Notes under the pieces: generated by a model
Database searches by the model: none
Told to the model about the DNA's origin: nothing
Seen by the model: the letters and a program-made list of their open reading frames with translations, nothing else
From: Takakia lepidozioides
Taxonomy: Eukaryota; Plantae; Bryophyta
Length of the DNA stretch: 64,000 bases
Direction: 5' to 3'
Assembly: GCA_030704615.1 (NCBI GenBank)
Contig: CM060734.1
Span: forward strand, 26,846,001 to 26,910,000
Program-made: the position numbers and the translations under genes
In this document: piece by piece, positions 26,642 through 39,049 of the stretch
How positions within the stretch are numbered: position 1 is the first letter of the stretch
Layout of the letters: each line of letters starts with the position of its first letter

Positions 26642-29261
26642 TTAAATGTGGATATGTTCTTTGTAACAACACTCAAGAATTGCCTGATCCCTTCGTCTCC
26701 AGCCTTGAACATATAGGGACATTTGATGGCAAACTAATACATGATATCTTGAGCTAGGCCCTGTAGCAACAACATAATAGAGTATATATGTACACCTTCT
26801 ACATGATCCGGTCAATGTACATTGTTCTCTTGGCTGGTCTACTGTAGCCAATGCCTTGTATCAGCATTAGGAAACCTGAAAATGAGAGGCTTGAGGAATT
26901 TTTTCTCTCTCTTTCTTTCCTTAAATGTTGCTAAGATCTTTATAGACAGCATTCAAGAATTGCCTGATCCCGTTATTCCGTTCAGATTTTTTTTGTCTAG
27001 AACGGAACGGGGAATTGGATAACGGGGATGACTCACTAGGATGACTCATTAGGGTTCACCCTAGAGGTCTTATCCTAAAGCTGCTGCCCTATATGGTTAG
27101 TATGCTTGGCCACTCTTCTCATTTGGAAGAGGAGCAGGCAAGAGTTGAAGGATCTGACTACACTATGTCTACAAGCAAGGTATCCATTCAGACTCCTTCA
27201 ACACTGTGATGGGCTGCTTAGGATGGCAACACAAAGAGAGTTGACACTATGAGGAACTTACATGGACTTGACTAAGCTCTACTCTGAATCTAGGAATACT
27301 TTTGCAAAACCAAGGGCTTCTATATGTCCCCTTGCTTAAGTACTTGGCTCTAGTGACACCTTCATTTTGGGAATGGGTGCTTACAGACATGAGACCACCC
27401 CCCCTCAGCTGGAGCATGGGCTGAAATAGGTGTACTGAGTTCTGTACCTATGTTGAATGGCTGAAAGGACCTCTCTTACCTCTCCTCTCTTGCTAGTATG
27501 ACCTGTTGCAGGGATGACATTGATAACAAATGTGAAGGGATTTAAGCCTGGGGTTCCACAGGGATCACTAACCTGTTGGTTGGTTGGTTGGCTGTGATGG
27601 ATCCAGGTGATGCCACTTCACCTTCTTTTGTTGCAGGAAATGCTACTAAGGGCAAGAGACTAAGGGAGTGAGGCTTTGAGCTCTCTCAAACCTCAAATCT
27701 GTTTGTATGTGTTGCTTATGTACACATACTACTGCTGTTTTTGCTCTGTTTGGTTTGATGGATCTACCTACATGGAAAGGAGTTGCGTTACCTGGTGTGC
27801 ATTTGATTGCCACTTTGTACACCTAAAAACAGGTTTTCCAGCAAGGATATGTAAAGGAGGTATGGAGGCAGATCTGGGTAGAGACAATTTGATGGTGCCT
27901 AGAATTAGGCTGTATGATGTCGTTAAAAAGAGGCGAACACAGCACATTGTGCTTAGTGTTTCCTTGTCTAGCTTTGACATGCTATGTGAATCTCTCTCTC
28001 TCTCTCTCTCTCTCTCTATTTTGAAGTCTAGTGTGGATTGAGTCCCTAAGCCCTCAGAGCCTCCTGCTGATGTAACATTTATCGTCCTTCTGTTTCTTTC
28101 ACATACACACAAACATAGAAAGCCACAATATACAGCCGTCAATGGTGCAGAAGTGGTTGAGATGATCCATTTTCAAGTAGCAAATACCACAGACTTGATT
28201 GCATGGATATGAATCAACTCGAATCAAAATTCGTTGACCTCTATTTGCCAAGTTTTCTTCCCAAAATGTTTATGGAAATAGGTGTTACATCGATAGGCCA
28301 ATTCTGTGTGGCAAACCAGCCTGCTACATTTAGCAAAGGGAGAGTTGCAGGGTATAGATGAGCTGCCTTTGTAGGAGGCATCTGGTCAATTTAATCTTGA
28401 GGGTGTCCACAAATGAGGCATTGCACCACTTGAGAGATCCAAGTGAGTTAGTTCTTGAAGCAGATTACCACAAGTCAATTACCTCTTTTAGCGATAAGTG
28501 TGTGTTGCATGAGCAAGCGGTTAATTTTGGATGGTTGCCTTTCGTCTTATGGATCATGGATTGCCAAATCTGACTTTGTAAGGTTGTCAACATTGTCCAC
28601 TCCCAGATTCAATAACTTATATTGGGGTTTATGGTCTTTCTACCTCAGTCTTAGCTGATGTCTGGATCTCCACTTAGTTGGTAAAATCACTTGCCATCCA
28701 ATCTGACCAACTGAGTCATGTGGCCAAAAGAACGATTTATGTCCTAGATGTTAAAGGGATTGGAAAGCAAAAATTATAAACGCCAGTGTATCCAGATGAT
28801 GGATAGTTTCTGATGTCAGAGAAAGCCCTGGGATGTGCCTCCCTCCAATCTGACAAAGAGATTTGGGTCCAAGGCCCAAATCTGTGAGAGACATATGTGT
28901 TCCTGGCCTTGCACAATTTATTAGTGTAACACTGAAAGCCAGAATCTGTTCAAGTGTTTCTGACAGCTCACCCTTCTCTGAGATTAAAAGCTTTCTCAGC
29001 ACCATCAACAACCCTCTCAAGCCAAGAATCAAGCGGTTCCTAACTGTCGATCCACTCAAAGAATTCGAATTCATCAAAATGTAGCTTTTGTTTGTGGACG
29101 TCGTTCTCATCATAGCTATAGCCTGTGACAAAGGCAAGATTATGCTATGTTACTTATGCTTGCTGATCTGCAGTAAAGGCAATGCTTGCACATACTTATT
29201 ACAAATCTGATTCCTTGCTCACTGACACTGTCTCATCTGACTTTGTGCAATATCTACTTAG

Positions 29262-29975
29262 CTCAAAGTGGTAATTGATGATAGTAGTGATGATGAGGGT
29301 TCCAGCACGGAGGCACATGGGCGGGCTATTGTTGATGTGCTAGGTAGGGAACGCCGCAATGAAGTTTTGGCAGCTATTCATATGGTGCGCTTAGACGTTA
29401 GCCTTACCGTCCGGGAGGTATTCGACCTTGTCCATCTTTTAAGGATGCCTTTGGAGTTATCTGAATCAAAGTGTCAGGTATCGGGCCAGTGCACCAGTCA
29501 TTGCCCGGGTGCTGATAGCCTTACAAGACCTGTTACCTGCCGAGGATGATGTGAGGGCCTCTGCAGCAACCACGTTGGGCATTGTTTCTCAGGTTTGGAG
29601 CCTCATTCGTTCATCGTGGGTGTGATTTCGAGTCCCCCAGTCACAAGATTTACAACCCAGGTCTGGTTGGTTAGCATCTCAATCTCTCCTCAACCTTAGG
29701 AAGGTACTACTTAGAGTCATGGCTGAGAATGAAACGATAATAGGGTCAGGCAGTACCCCTGAATGGTAGTCAGAAGTAACTCTGCTGTTTTGATGCTTCA
29801 AAATGGTTGTGCATGGCAGGTCCCTATTCCAGGAAGTGCCGGCAAAGCCATAGGCAGGTTGATGGTGTTCCAGCTGAAAGAGAGTCCTTCCCCTCCATCA
29901 CTTGGAGAGTTGCTGCCAGTGCTAAGCTCTCTCTGTCGAGTGATGATTCGAGTGACATGCTCCAAGTAGTGTCAA
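29262..29975 (+). pseudogene. GCN1: GCN1/ILITYHIA gene fragments (three exon pieces, internally deleted)
   Basis: DDEGSSTEAHGRAIVDVLGRERRNEVLAAIHMVRLDVSLTVR; RVLIALQDLLPAEDDVRASAATTLGIVSQ|GT; AG|VP...GKAIGRLMVFQ...DDSSD. All three match plant GCN1 HEAT-repeat segments as I recall them. Confidence 0.8.
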
Positions 29976-30160
29976 GGCAATGGTCAAGGTAATAATCATC
30001 GATGGAGCATGCATAGAGTAGCACTTGAGAAATAGAGCGGCATAGAGGGTAATGGGGTAACCTAGATGAGCTGAAATAATGTACATTGCAATGAGTATTT
30101 GACTTGCCAAAGTCATCATGAAGTAATCAACTTTTTTAATATTTTTTCTACCTACATGTA

Positions 30161-30439
30161 TAGTCAACCCTCTATAAATGTCACTCTGGGGGGGGGGGGC
30201 AAAAATAAAAGAACTAATAGAGAGGGTTAGCAGTTAAAACAATAAATTAAACTAATTTAGAAAAATCTTAAATTAGAACCTCAATGGGTTGCAGGCTACT
30301 TATTATCCAGAGGAGAGTTTACTGAGAATGTTTTCTAAATTTCTATTATCTCGTAACATGTTATCACTTACCATGTATTTTTGTACGGAGCAAGATTTCC
30401 TTAACACTTATCCAGGGAACATTTAGAGAAGGTTGACTT
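30161..30439. mobile_element. Tc1/mariner (pogo-like) MITE
   Basis: TIR TAGTCAACCCTCTATAAATG ... CATTTAGAGAAGGTTGACT, flanked by TA. Confidence 0.7.
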
Positions 30440-30469
30440 ATATCACTCTCTCTTCTTACTTGACTGAAT

Positions 30470-32648
30470 TCATCACATTATTTGTGTAAATGGGAGGGAT
30501 TCCCAACAGAAGATAACACATGGCAAATTGAAGACGACCTCTTGGATCACATGACGACTGCGACCCGGTTCATAACCGCACTCTCCTCATCAGATTCCAC
30601 AAAACCACAAACACCACCTATCTAAGGCACACCCACCAACATCATGTCTCGCAAACCCGCCCACTGACACCCGCTACATCAGCCAACCACTAGCCACTCC
30701 TAATATACAAATACACATCACCGAATGCAACCCAGACAAAGATATTATGCCCGGTCACCCATTAATATGCCCCAGCATCTCATAATCCAACATTTACACA
30801 ATCAACGGTAGTTTTGCCGGATCCATTCCCAATGTCGGCTTGCCTGGCTTTGGTATAAATATTCCACCTCTGACACACAGAATAGCCATCTACAGCCTCC
30901 AAAACAAGACTTTGCCACAGAGGTCAGTTGGCTTCTTAACCGATATCTTGGCGATACCCCCACTAATAAGCCCCGTAATCTCAACAAACTGGCGGGAGCC
31001 TACTCCCATAGTACCCTCCCCCCAGACATCCTCAAACTCCTCATCGCCTCATTTCAATTGACTCACTCATATTACTCCAGCCCACTAACCTGCCCCATGA
31101 AGCTCTCCACATACATCAGCCCACATCCACGTGACCATATATTCGGTGCTTTAGGAACCGCTACCCAACACACATGGACAGAAGGAGGCCTCGCTCACCC
31201 GCCCGCAGGGCAACTTGCACACGAGGCCCTTCAATGGGCCCGCCAGGCTACACACTCATCCCCTTCCGCCTCAACCATCCTCATCCTAACTCAACAAAAA
31301 ATGCCTAACCATCACCACCCCCTTTTACAACTCCCTCCTGACGTTTCTCCTTTGGTGGCTATTGAACCCAAACAACTTCGATATATACGCAACCCGCCCT
31401 TCCCTAAATACCTACGGCACGAAGAACCCACTCTAACCCTAATCTTGTTAGTCCACAACGCTTCCCACACCCATATACCTATAGACTTCTCTACCCACCT
31501 TAAACTGTTACTGTCCGACACTCACAACATGGCTATCACATCCTTTCCAACGCCACCTTTACACGCCCCATCTCGATCCCCCTACAGACAAAAAACAAAC
31601 AAAACATGGATTCCGACCCCTCCCCGCCCCATCCCGTCACTCAATATCACACATGTTAGAGCACCTCCAATTCATCTAGGCCCCACCTCTTTAAAAATAC
31701 CCCTCAGCACATGCACATTACACAGATGGCTCCCAAGCTGGCTCTTGCGTCGGATATGGAGTCTACCACGCGGCCACTAACACTGGTACAGCCCACCGAC
31801 TTCCGGGCCCCGCAACCATACTACGTGCCGAACTTATGGCCATCTACGAAGCCCTCTCCCAGCTACACGCATTCCCCTCACCATACTACATTTTTACAGA
31901 CAGCTTAACTTCGCTCTTTCTCTTGCGAAACCACATAGCCAGCTTATCCTCCCACCATCACCACCCAGATCGTAATCTTATCTCAGTAATCATCACTTTA
32001 GCCATCTCAATCAACCAACCCATTCAATTTCTTAAAGTACGCTCACATACTGGAATCAACGGGAACGAGGAGGCTGACCTCCTTGCCCAACTAGGGGCTT
32101 CCAAACCCCTAGTAGAACCCTTCATAGACCTCATCCACACTGCACATACACACCCTTTCTGGCTAATACATCCAATTCCAAGCCCCCCCGAACCTAAACC
32201 TATTCGTAACCTTCGCTCTACTCTCTCTAAAGAAGCCAACAAACAAGCCGCTACATCTCTCAGTCACACCAAACAACATATCCAAAAATGGACACACTCC
32301 ATAGTACTCCATCATAAACTGTCCAACCACTTCTGGCACACTAAAGCTGCTTCCAACGCACAAATCAAACAAACACTTAAGTTTAGATTCGCCCAGTATA
32401 TGGGGGGCCAGCATAAGCATACCTTCTGGCCAACCATTTTTACATCCCCACACTGCCCCCTCTGCTCTCATATACATGCAGTACCTGACACTTGGCCACA
32501 TATCCTCAGTAAATGCCCCCACCCAGTCTTGCATAGCCTTCGTATCGCCAGGCACAATCAAGCTGTATGGCACATCCACAAACTATTACAACGATATAAA
32601 GAAACCAGATGGTTCCCACTCATCAATGTTGGCACTTACCAAGGTAGA
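30470..32648 (+). pseudogene. Dualen/RandI-like LINE part 3: chromodomain, PCIF1-like MTase, RNase H, CCHC Zn finger with RHN motif
   Basis: YLCKWEGFPTEDNTW (30479); YSSPLTC...DHIFGALG...AHPP (31070-31205); YTDGS, RAEL, IFTDSL, KVRSHTGINGNEEAD; CPLC...HILSKC...RHNQAV. Cut by the LTR at 32649. Confidence 0.85.
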
Positions 32649-33990
32649 TGTCAAGTTATTTTACCACTAGTGTGAAACTAGCTAGGAAATAGTTAGCTTT
32701 CACATATTGACATTTGGGATTGGCCAAAGTGTCAATCCAGGGGTCAAGGCAGATTTAGGCCCTGGAGTGGTTATCTTCACGGCAAGCACGGGAGGCTCAT
32801 CTTTCCCGAATTGAGCCTCACCGCGCCTAGCTATGGCGCCGTAGTGTGGATTCCCCATGGCGTGGGGTGCACTTGGCTTGACTTGACTTGTATTTGAGTG
32901 ATGAGGTTATATATGCATGAGTTTATGCTTCAGCTTTGTGAGCTCGCATGAGCTTGTGCTTGTATTCTTCTTCTTTATCACTCGAGAAAGATGAGCTCGT
33001 ATCTGTGAGTGCCAGATACGAGTTAGTTGTAGCACTTGTGGTTTTTGCTTGAGAATGAGAGAAACCAGGTTGTTCTGCAAGGAGCACCGTGGAGCTCTTG
33101 GTTGTTAGAAGCGGAGGCGATGTGGGTTTTGAGGTGGTAGACCTTGGCATTCGATCTTCAGCTTCAGAGATGAAAGCACCAAGGTAATTCCAGAGCACCT
33201 TGATGGTTTCAGATTGTGTACATGCATGAGCAAGCACGATTGGGAAGAGGACCAGTCAAGAGCAGGTTATAGTGGCTTTGGTGGTAAAGCTGAGAACTGG
33301 ACTTGGGAATGCGAGCTTTCATTGTGTGAATGATTGCAAGACCAAGCGAAAGGACTGATTTGGCTTGGGGCAAATCAGTGCACTTTGTGGAGTATGTTGA
33401 GATTGGGTTTCAATCTCGAGCTTCAGCATTGAGAGGTCTCTTGTCATGGCAAGAGCAGGGCTGGAACAGGAGTTAAGAGGTGCGGCAAGGCCATGGAATA
33501 TGCACCTAGGGTTTCAGAGCTTGGAAGAAGAGCTCTTGTACCACAAGAGGAGTGTCTTGTGGCTGGAAATGTAAGCCTAAGGGTTTCAGGAGCTTGGCAA
33601 AGGTTGTGGAGTGCTTAGTTTTGTCTTAGAGAGCATCAAGGAACCAAAGAGCCAAGATAGGGGGCTGATACCTCTTGTGTGAAGAGGTTGCATGTGTGGA
33701 ATGTATTCAGCTCATTGAAGCTTCCATCTTCAAGCTTGGAGGGCAAGCAAGGAAGAGGGAAGGGCTGACTTCCCTTATGTGAGGGCAATGCATGTGTGGA
33801 GCATGCTTTCAGCCTATTGAAGGCTTGTACTTTCAGGTTTGGGAGTGCAAGAAAGGAAGGAAGGGGCTGGTTTCTCTGTAGGCATGTGTGGAGCATGCTT
33901 TCAGCCCGCTAAAGCTTGTATTTTCAGGTTTGTGGGTGTAAAAAATGAAGCAAAGGAGCTGATTCTCTTATGGTGAGAGTGGGGCATGTG
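32649..33990 (+). mobile_element. LTR-A family long LTR, 3'-truncated
   Basis: TGTCAAG start; homologous to the 5' LTR at 42028(-); internal ~95-100-bp GCATGTGTGGA repeats at 33690-33990. Confidence 0.8.
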
Positions 33991-34700
33991 TGGAAGAACT
34001 TGCACTTCTCAGGGTGCAATTTCAACCCATGCGCTCTCAAGCGCTCAAACACCATCTGAAGGTGTCTCTCGTGCTCTTCAATCGTAGCACTAAAGATGAT
34101 GATGTCATCAATGTAGCACCAGGCGAAGTCTAGCCCCGCAAGAATCCTATCCATGACCCTCTGAAACTCTGCAGGAGCATTCTTCAACCCAAACGGTAGG
34201 AACCGCCATTGGTACAAGCAATCCTTCCCATGTTGGTCAATCCCTCAGAATGCCATCTTTTGCTAGTCAGCCTCTTTGATTGGCAACTGGTGGTAACCGG
34301 ATCGCAAGTCCAATGTGCTAAACACCTTTGCATGCCCAATGGCATCAAAGATCTCATCTGGAGTTGGCATGGCATATCTATTGGACTTAGTCTGACGGTT
34401 CACAGGACGGTAGTCCCCACACATCCTCCTTTCTGATTGCCATAGATATCCTTCCTAGCTGGCATCACCGTTGCCAATGCATACTCCCCGCCTGACAACT
34501 CCACCAATCCAGTCCGTGACTTAGTCCGTGACTGGATCAAAGACCTCTCCATATCACTATACCTGTAGGGCCTTCGAAAAATTGGCGTGTTACTTGCCAA
34601 ATCAATATGAATCTCCTGGCCCTTCAAACTCCCCAAATCCTTCAAACCGAAGGCAAAGCAATTTCTATAAGCCCTTAGAAATCGCTGGATCCTCCGCCTC
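33991..34700 (-). pseudogene. Gypsy reverse transcriptase
   Basis: PIFRRPYRYS, PFGLKNAPAEFQR, YIDDII, LKLHPEKCKF. Confidence 0.95.
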
Positions 34701-35179
34701 TCTCCTCCGGTGACTGTAGGTCCATCATCTGGTTCCCAGTTGTCTTCAGTGACTACAACCTTGGGTACACCAGGCTTGGAGGTAGGAGACGCATCCTTTG
34801 GTTGCTAGATAGCAGCATCTTGGGCCTTGTCCACCCACCCTGACTGTGGCGTAGCCTCCACTTGCTCCGCCATAGCCACCTTGAGAACATCCTCTAGGGA
34901 AGAAACATCTTCAACCTCTTCAAAAACCTTAGCCACCTTGGCCTCCAATTGATCCTCAGTGTATGGCTCTCCCCACTCCTCATACTGCTGCTTGAGAGAT
35001 CCAATGACTCTCTCTTTGCGCATCTCATCCTACATCTGTCATGGGTGTTTGCCCCCCATGATCCTGTGCTCGCCCCCACTCACTGCCTCCACCATCCCGG
35101 TTGGTAAAGAGGGTGCAATATCCAATGGAAGTGCGGAAGTAGCCACCAATGCTTGCAATCTCCGTTGCTCAGCTATACA

Positions 35180-36130
35180 CAAGCCAATGACCCATGTCAA
35201 GCAATTGAGATCCATTGCCTGACCCAACACCTAACGTCGTGATGCCTCTGACAAAGCTGGCACAGCTGTAGTGCCCGTGGCAAATCCCATTGCCCGCTCT
35301 TGCTCATCCGCATTGGGCTCCACCAATTGCTGTAGCACACTGTCCCAAATCAACCCAAGACCATTGTCTCGAAAAGCATGAGACGAGGGAAAGCTCATGA
35401 GCATAGGCAAGGCTGCACGTGGCTGCCCCACTCGATTGACCACCGCTAAAGGTGGACGATCATCATGTTGCACTCTCTGTGGTTGCCTCTTTTGGTCCAA
35501 AATGCCCTCAACCGTGAGGTTGGGTGGCCGTTGAATGGAATCATAGGCTCTCTTGAGCAACTCTGGTGGTGCAAGATTGGTCCACCACAACCTAGGCCTA
35601 TGTGCCCGTGAACCCACTGCAGCTGCATCCAACAATACAGCTGGTCCAATCCATGACCGGATCTGATGCACACTGGCCATAACCCTAGCCCGAGAATCCC
35701 CCATGAGAGGATCATTCTCCAGGATGTAAGCTAGATGTTGCACTTGCCTCACCTGCAAGTCATGCAACACTCTCAACATCTCCCAAAACAAATGCGATCA
35801 TGCATCATGCAAGCCATTCCCATGACCTGCGGGAGAGTGTCATTGGCAAGGCCATCCAGCTATCACCAAGTCAATGGCACCATGCCGGTCCAGATCATCC
35901 GCCCCCAGCAAGGTAATGTCTGCTGGCAAGGCCTTTTGGTACCCTTGAATTGTTGAGAGAGACAACAACTCAGGATACTGATGTGTGAGCAAGGCAACAT
36001 GGCGTATGGAAACACGCCAAATAATCTCATCCTTCTCCACATACAAGTACTTGCGTACTTTGATTCCTGCTTGCAACACTCCTGCAAGCCGAGTGCTCAT
36101 GCCTCCAAACATGTCTAGCAAACAAATCCC
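35180..36130 (-). pseudogene. DNMT3-like C5-cytosine DNA methyltransferase domain within pol
   Basis: Motifs in order: I LLDMFGG, II YVEKD, III ADIT, IV DLVIAGWPCQ, VI YILEN, VIII AHRPRLWWTNL, IX ERAMGF, X LGQAM. In-frame stops are present. Confidence 0.92.
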
Positions 36131-36499
36131 TGAGTCAGGTGGTTGCCAGGTAATGGGCACTGTGTCCAAAGGAGCTAACTGAGGAGGTCCAGGTGATGTC
36201 ACTGAACTCCCCTCACTCACCAATGGATAGGCCTCCTTCCATGCTTGGTGCACACACTCGCCTGCTACTCGATGCAAATTCCCAACTGTACCCCACAGTG
36301 GAATATGAACAGGCACATGAGGAAGCAAATCAGCCTTGTATGCCAATTGTTTGTCCTCATCAGGTGTTGGCCTATCATCTGCATGACTATTGCCCTCCAA
36401 GAGGTCACCACCCCAAGCCACCACTCTTGAGAATGCAGCCAATGTGGCATCATGTTCCTATGATCCACCGCTACATTCCCAATAAACCGCATTGGGAGC

Positions 36500-36850
36500 A
36501 GTGCACATCGACCATCCCCTGACTGCCATTCCAGCCTGTAAGATGTCGTTTCCTCCCAAAAGTCCAAAGTAAAGCCCATAGGGTACAACACAGCCCCACC
36601 AACAAGCACATCATAGGACATCACATCCGTAACAATGGCTTTAGCTCTCATGACTGAGCTGTCCGTAGGATGATCCGGCTGCAATCGAATGAAGAGCTCA
36701 TGGCGTGTAATCCCTTGCCCCTTCTCTGAACCACCCAAGGATGTTTGAATTTGGAAAGGGCAAGGCTCCAAATCCGCCTCTGTAAGGCCTAAGCCTGCAA
36801 TTGCTGCTCTCCCCAACATCAATGGTTGTGCTCCCGAGTCCAACTAGACC
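36500..36850 (-). pseudogene. Retropepsin aspartic protease
   Basis: LDSGAQ active site and downstream YDVLVGG. Confidence 0.8.
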
Positions 36851-37749
36851 CGCAGTGGCCTATATCTCCTCCCGGTTGGGCCACCCAATTGAAACACTCC
36901 ATCCTGATTGTCCACCAGGACTACCCAGGAGTCACCATGCTGCGCTCAATGGCTGGCCTAGCTGGCAACTCCTGCAACCTTGCAGCTGCCGCTTGCCATG
37001 GCGCAGCCGTGGTTGACTTCACTATCGAATCCAAAGCATCCAGAGACTGTACCTTATCTGCTATCTCCGCAGACAGTGCCGATGCATCACCTCTCTCACA
37101 GAGTCTAGTTGCTAGTCTGAACACAATAGCTGGCCGAATCCCCAGCATTGCAATGGTCATTGCAGAAAACAATGGAGCTTGACAAACCGCCATAGCCGCC
37201 CCCAACAATGTACTGGCTGCACCTTGCTTTGCAGCACCACCCATTGACATTTCCCGAGCCATACCAACTCTCCCCAATGGTATTCGTGGCTCTACCTCTG
37301 ACACACTTGGGCGAGCGGGTGCCATTGATGGCGTAGGTGGCACTGTCTCAGCCAATGTAAAGGACTGTGGAAGTCTTATCTGACGACTCGCTTCCCCCCT
37401 TTGTGGATCAAAATCCACATCCGCTCCTCTTGGCTCAGGAGCACGCGTTGCTGCTCGAGTGACAGCAGCAGCAGAGTCCAATACATGTAATGGCCCTGCA
37501 AGTGCGACTCCACACATGAAACCCATACCAATCTGGTCTTCCCTAGGCATAGGAGGTTGTGCAGGTGGGGCTTGAACCTCAAGCCTTGGAGCTGGCGCAA
37601 CATGAGTAGTGGCCATGGCAGCAAGATGTTGCTCTAGCTGGGCAAGTCTATCCACCATGCCTTGGTCATGACCTTGACCCTGACCCTGTGCTCCTTGGTT
37701 TTGGTTACAACCTCCACCCCGACCTCTGCCTCCTCTACCTTCCGGGACT

Positions 37750-39043
37750 ACATTGCCTCGTCCTCGGCCACCATTGCTCCCTTGGAACTGGCCTGGCCGT
37801 AGCTCAGGATGCAAGCCATAACAATGGGCCTCCTCATCCCCATACTTTCCACAATGCCCCACTGTAGTTGTGTAGGCTGTGCCTGTGCCGACCCTTTGCC
37901 TCTCTCCGGGCAATCCTTCTTGACATGGGGTCCTCCACAATCCCAACAAGTCACACCCGACTGTTGTTGGCCTAAGAATGAAGGAAGAGACCTCTGCATC
38001 TGAGATCCTCTCTGTCCTTCCCTCGGCTTCACCTGAGCCTCCTTGTTGCCTTGAACATGTTGGGATAGTGGTTGTTGTTGGCTAGGAGCCCCACTTTGTT
38101 GTGTCTCCTTGCCAAACCCTACCATGACCACTCGCTCCTCCACCATATTGAGCTCTATCCGCTCTGCCAGCAAAAACACATTTGCTAAGGTGGGTTGGTC
38201 CACTTGTAGGAGAGTTGCATCCCGCACCCTTCTCCTCAGCTCCTTGTCCAGGATCCCATACCAGAACTGGACTGCCTAAGCTTCTGTAATCCCTTGGGTT
38301 ACGTTTATCAAGCGCCTCATGCGGGTGTAAGCCTCCCTCAAACTCTCAGTAGACCTTCGTTGGAACTCTTGCAAGCTCCGCAACTTCTCTGTCCATATCC
38401 CTTGGTAGTTTCTCCTCAACTCCTCGAAGAACTCCACAACTGGGTTAAAGGCAGGCACGTGTGCTGGTGCTGCAGCATGAGCTTGAGTGGATTTCCCAGC
38501 TCCTGTACCACTTGTCCCACTACTAGTGCTTGTAGTTGGAGATGTTTGTGTAGCTGCTGGTGTCACCGCTGCCCTTGTGCCTCTAGTTATGGAGACATAG
38601 TTAGGTGACCAATACTCTCGTCATTCCTCAATCTCCACTGCGTGTCCCCGCCTAAATTCATGGTAATCATCCATGGGCGGCCCCTCAAGGTGCTGGAATA
38701 GCCCCTTCCACGCCATAAAGGGCGTAAACAGTTGTGGATTGCGCATTTGCTGCAAATCACACCAACTGTCAAACTCTTGTATGAAGTCATCAAGCTCGAT
38801 GGTGCCCACAGCTCCAGAGTACCTACGTGGCCCCTTGGTAGCTCCATACATCTCCTCCATCGTGTCCCACAACAATGGCACGGAAATAACTTGCACCCTC
38901 GGCAAGAATCCTCCTGACTCCGAGTCTGAACCTTCCTCAGAAGACACTGAAGGTGAAGGTGGCCTAAACCGCACACCTCGTCTTGTGTACCCACTAGTAC
39001 CGCTGGTGTTCGTACCGGCACTCACCTCAGCAACTGGTGGCAC
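37750..39043 (-). pseudogene. gag with CCHC zinc knuckles
   Basis: Capsid-like FQRRSTESLREAYTRM; knuckle CWDCGGPHVKKDC and a second degenerate knuckle. Confidence 0.8.
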
Positions 39044-39049
39044 CTCCGT

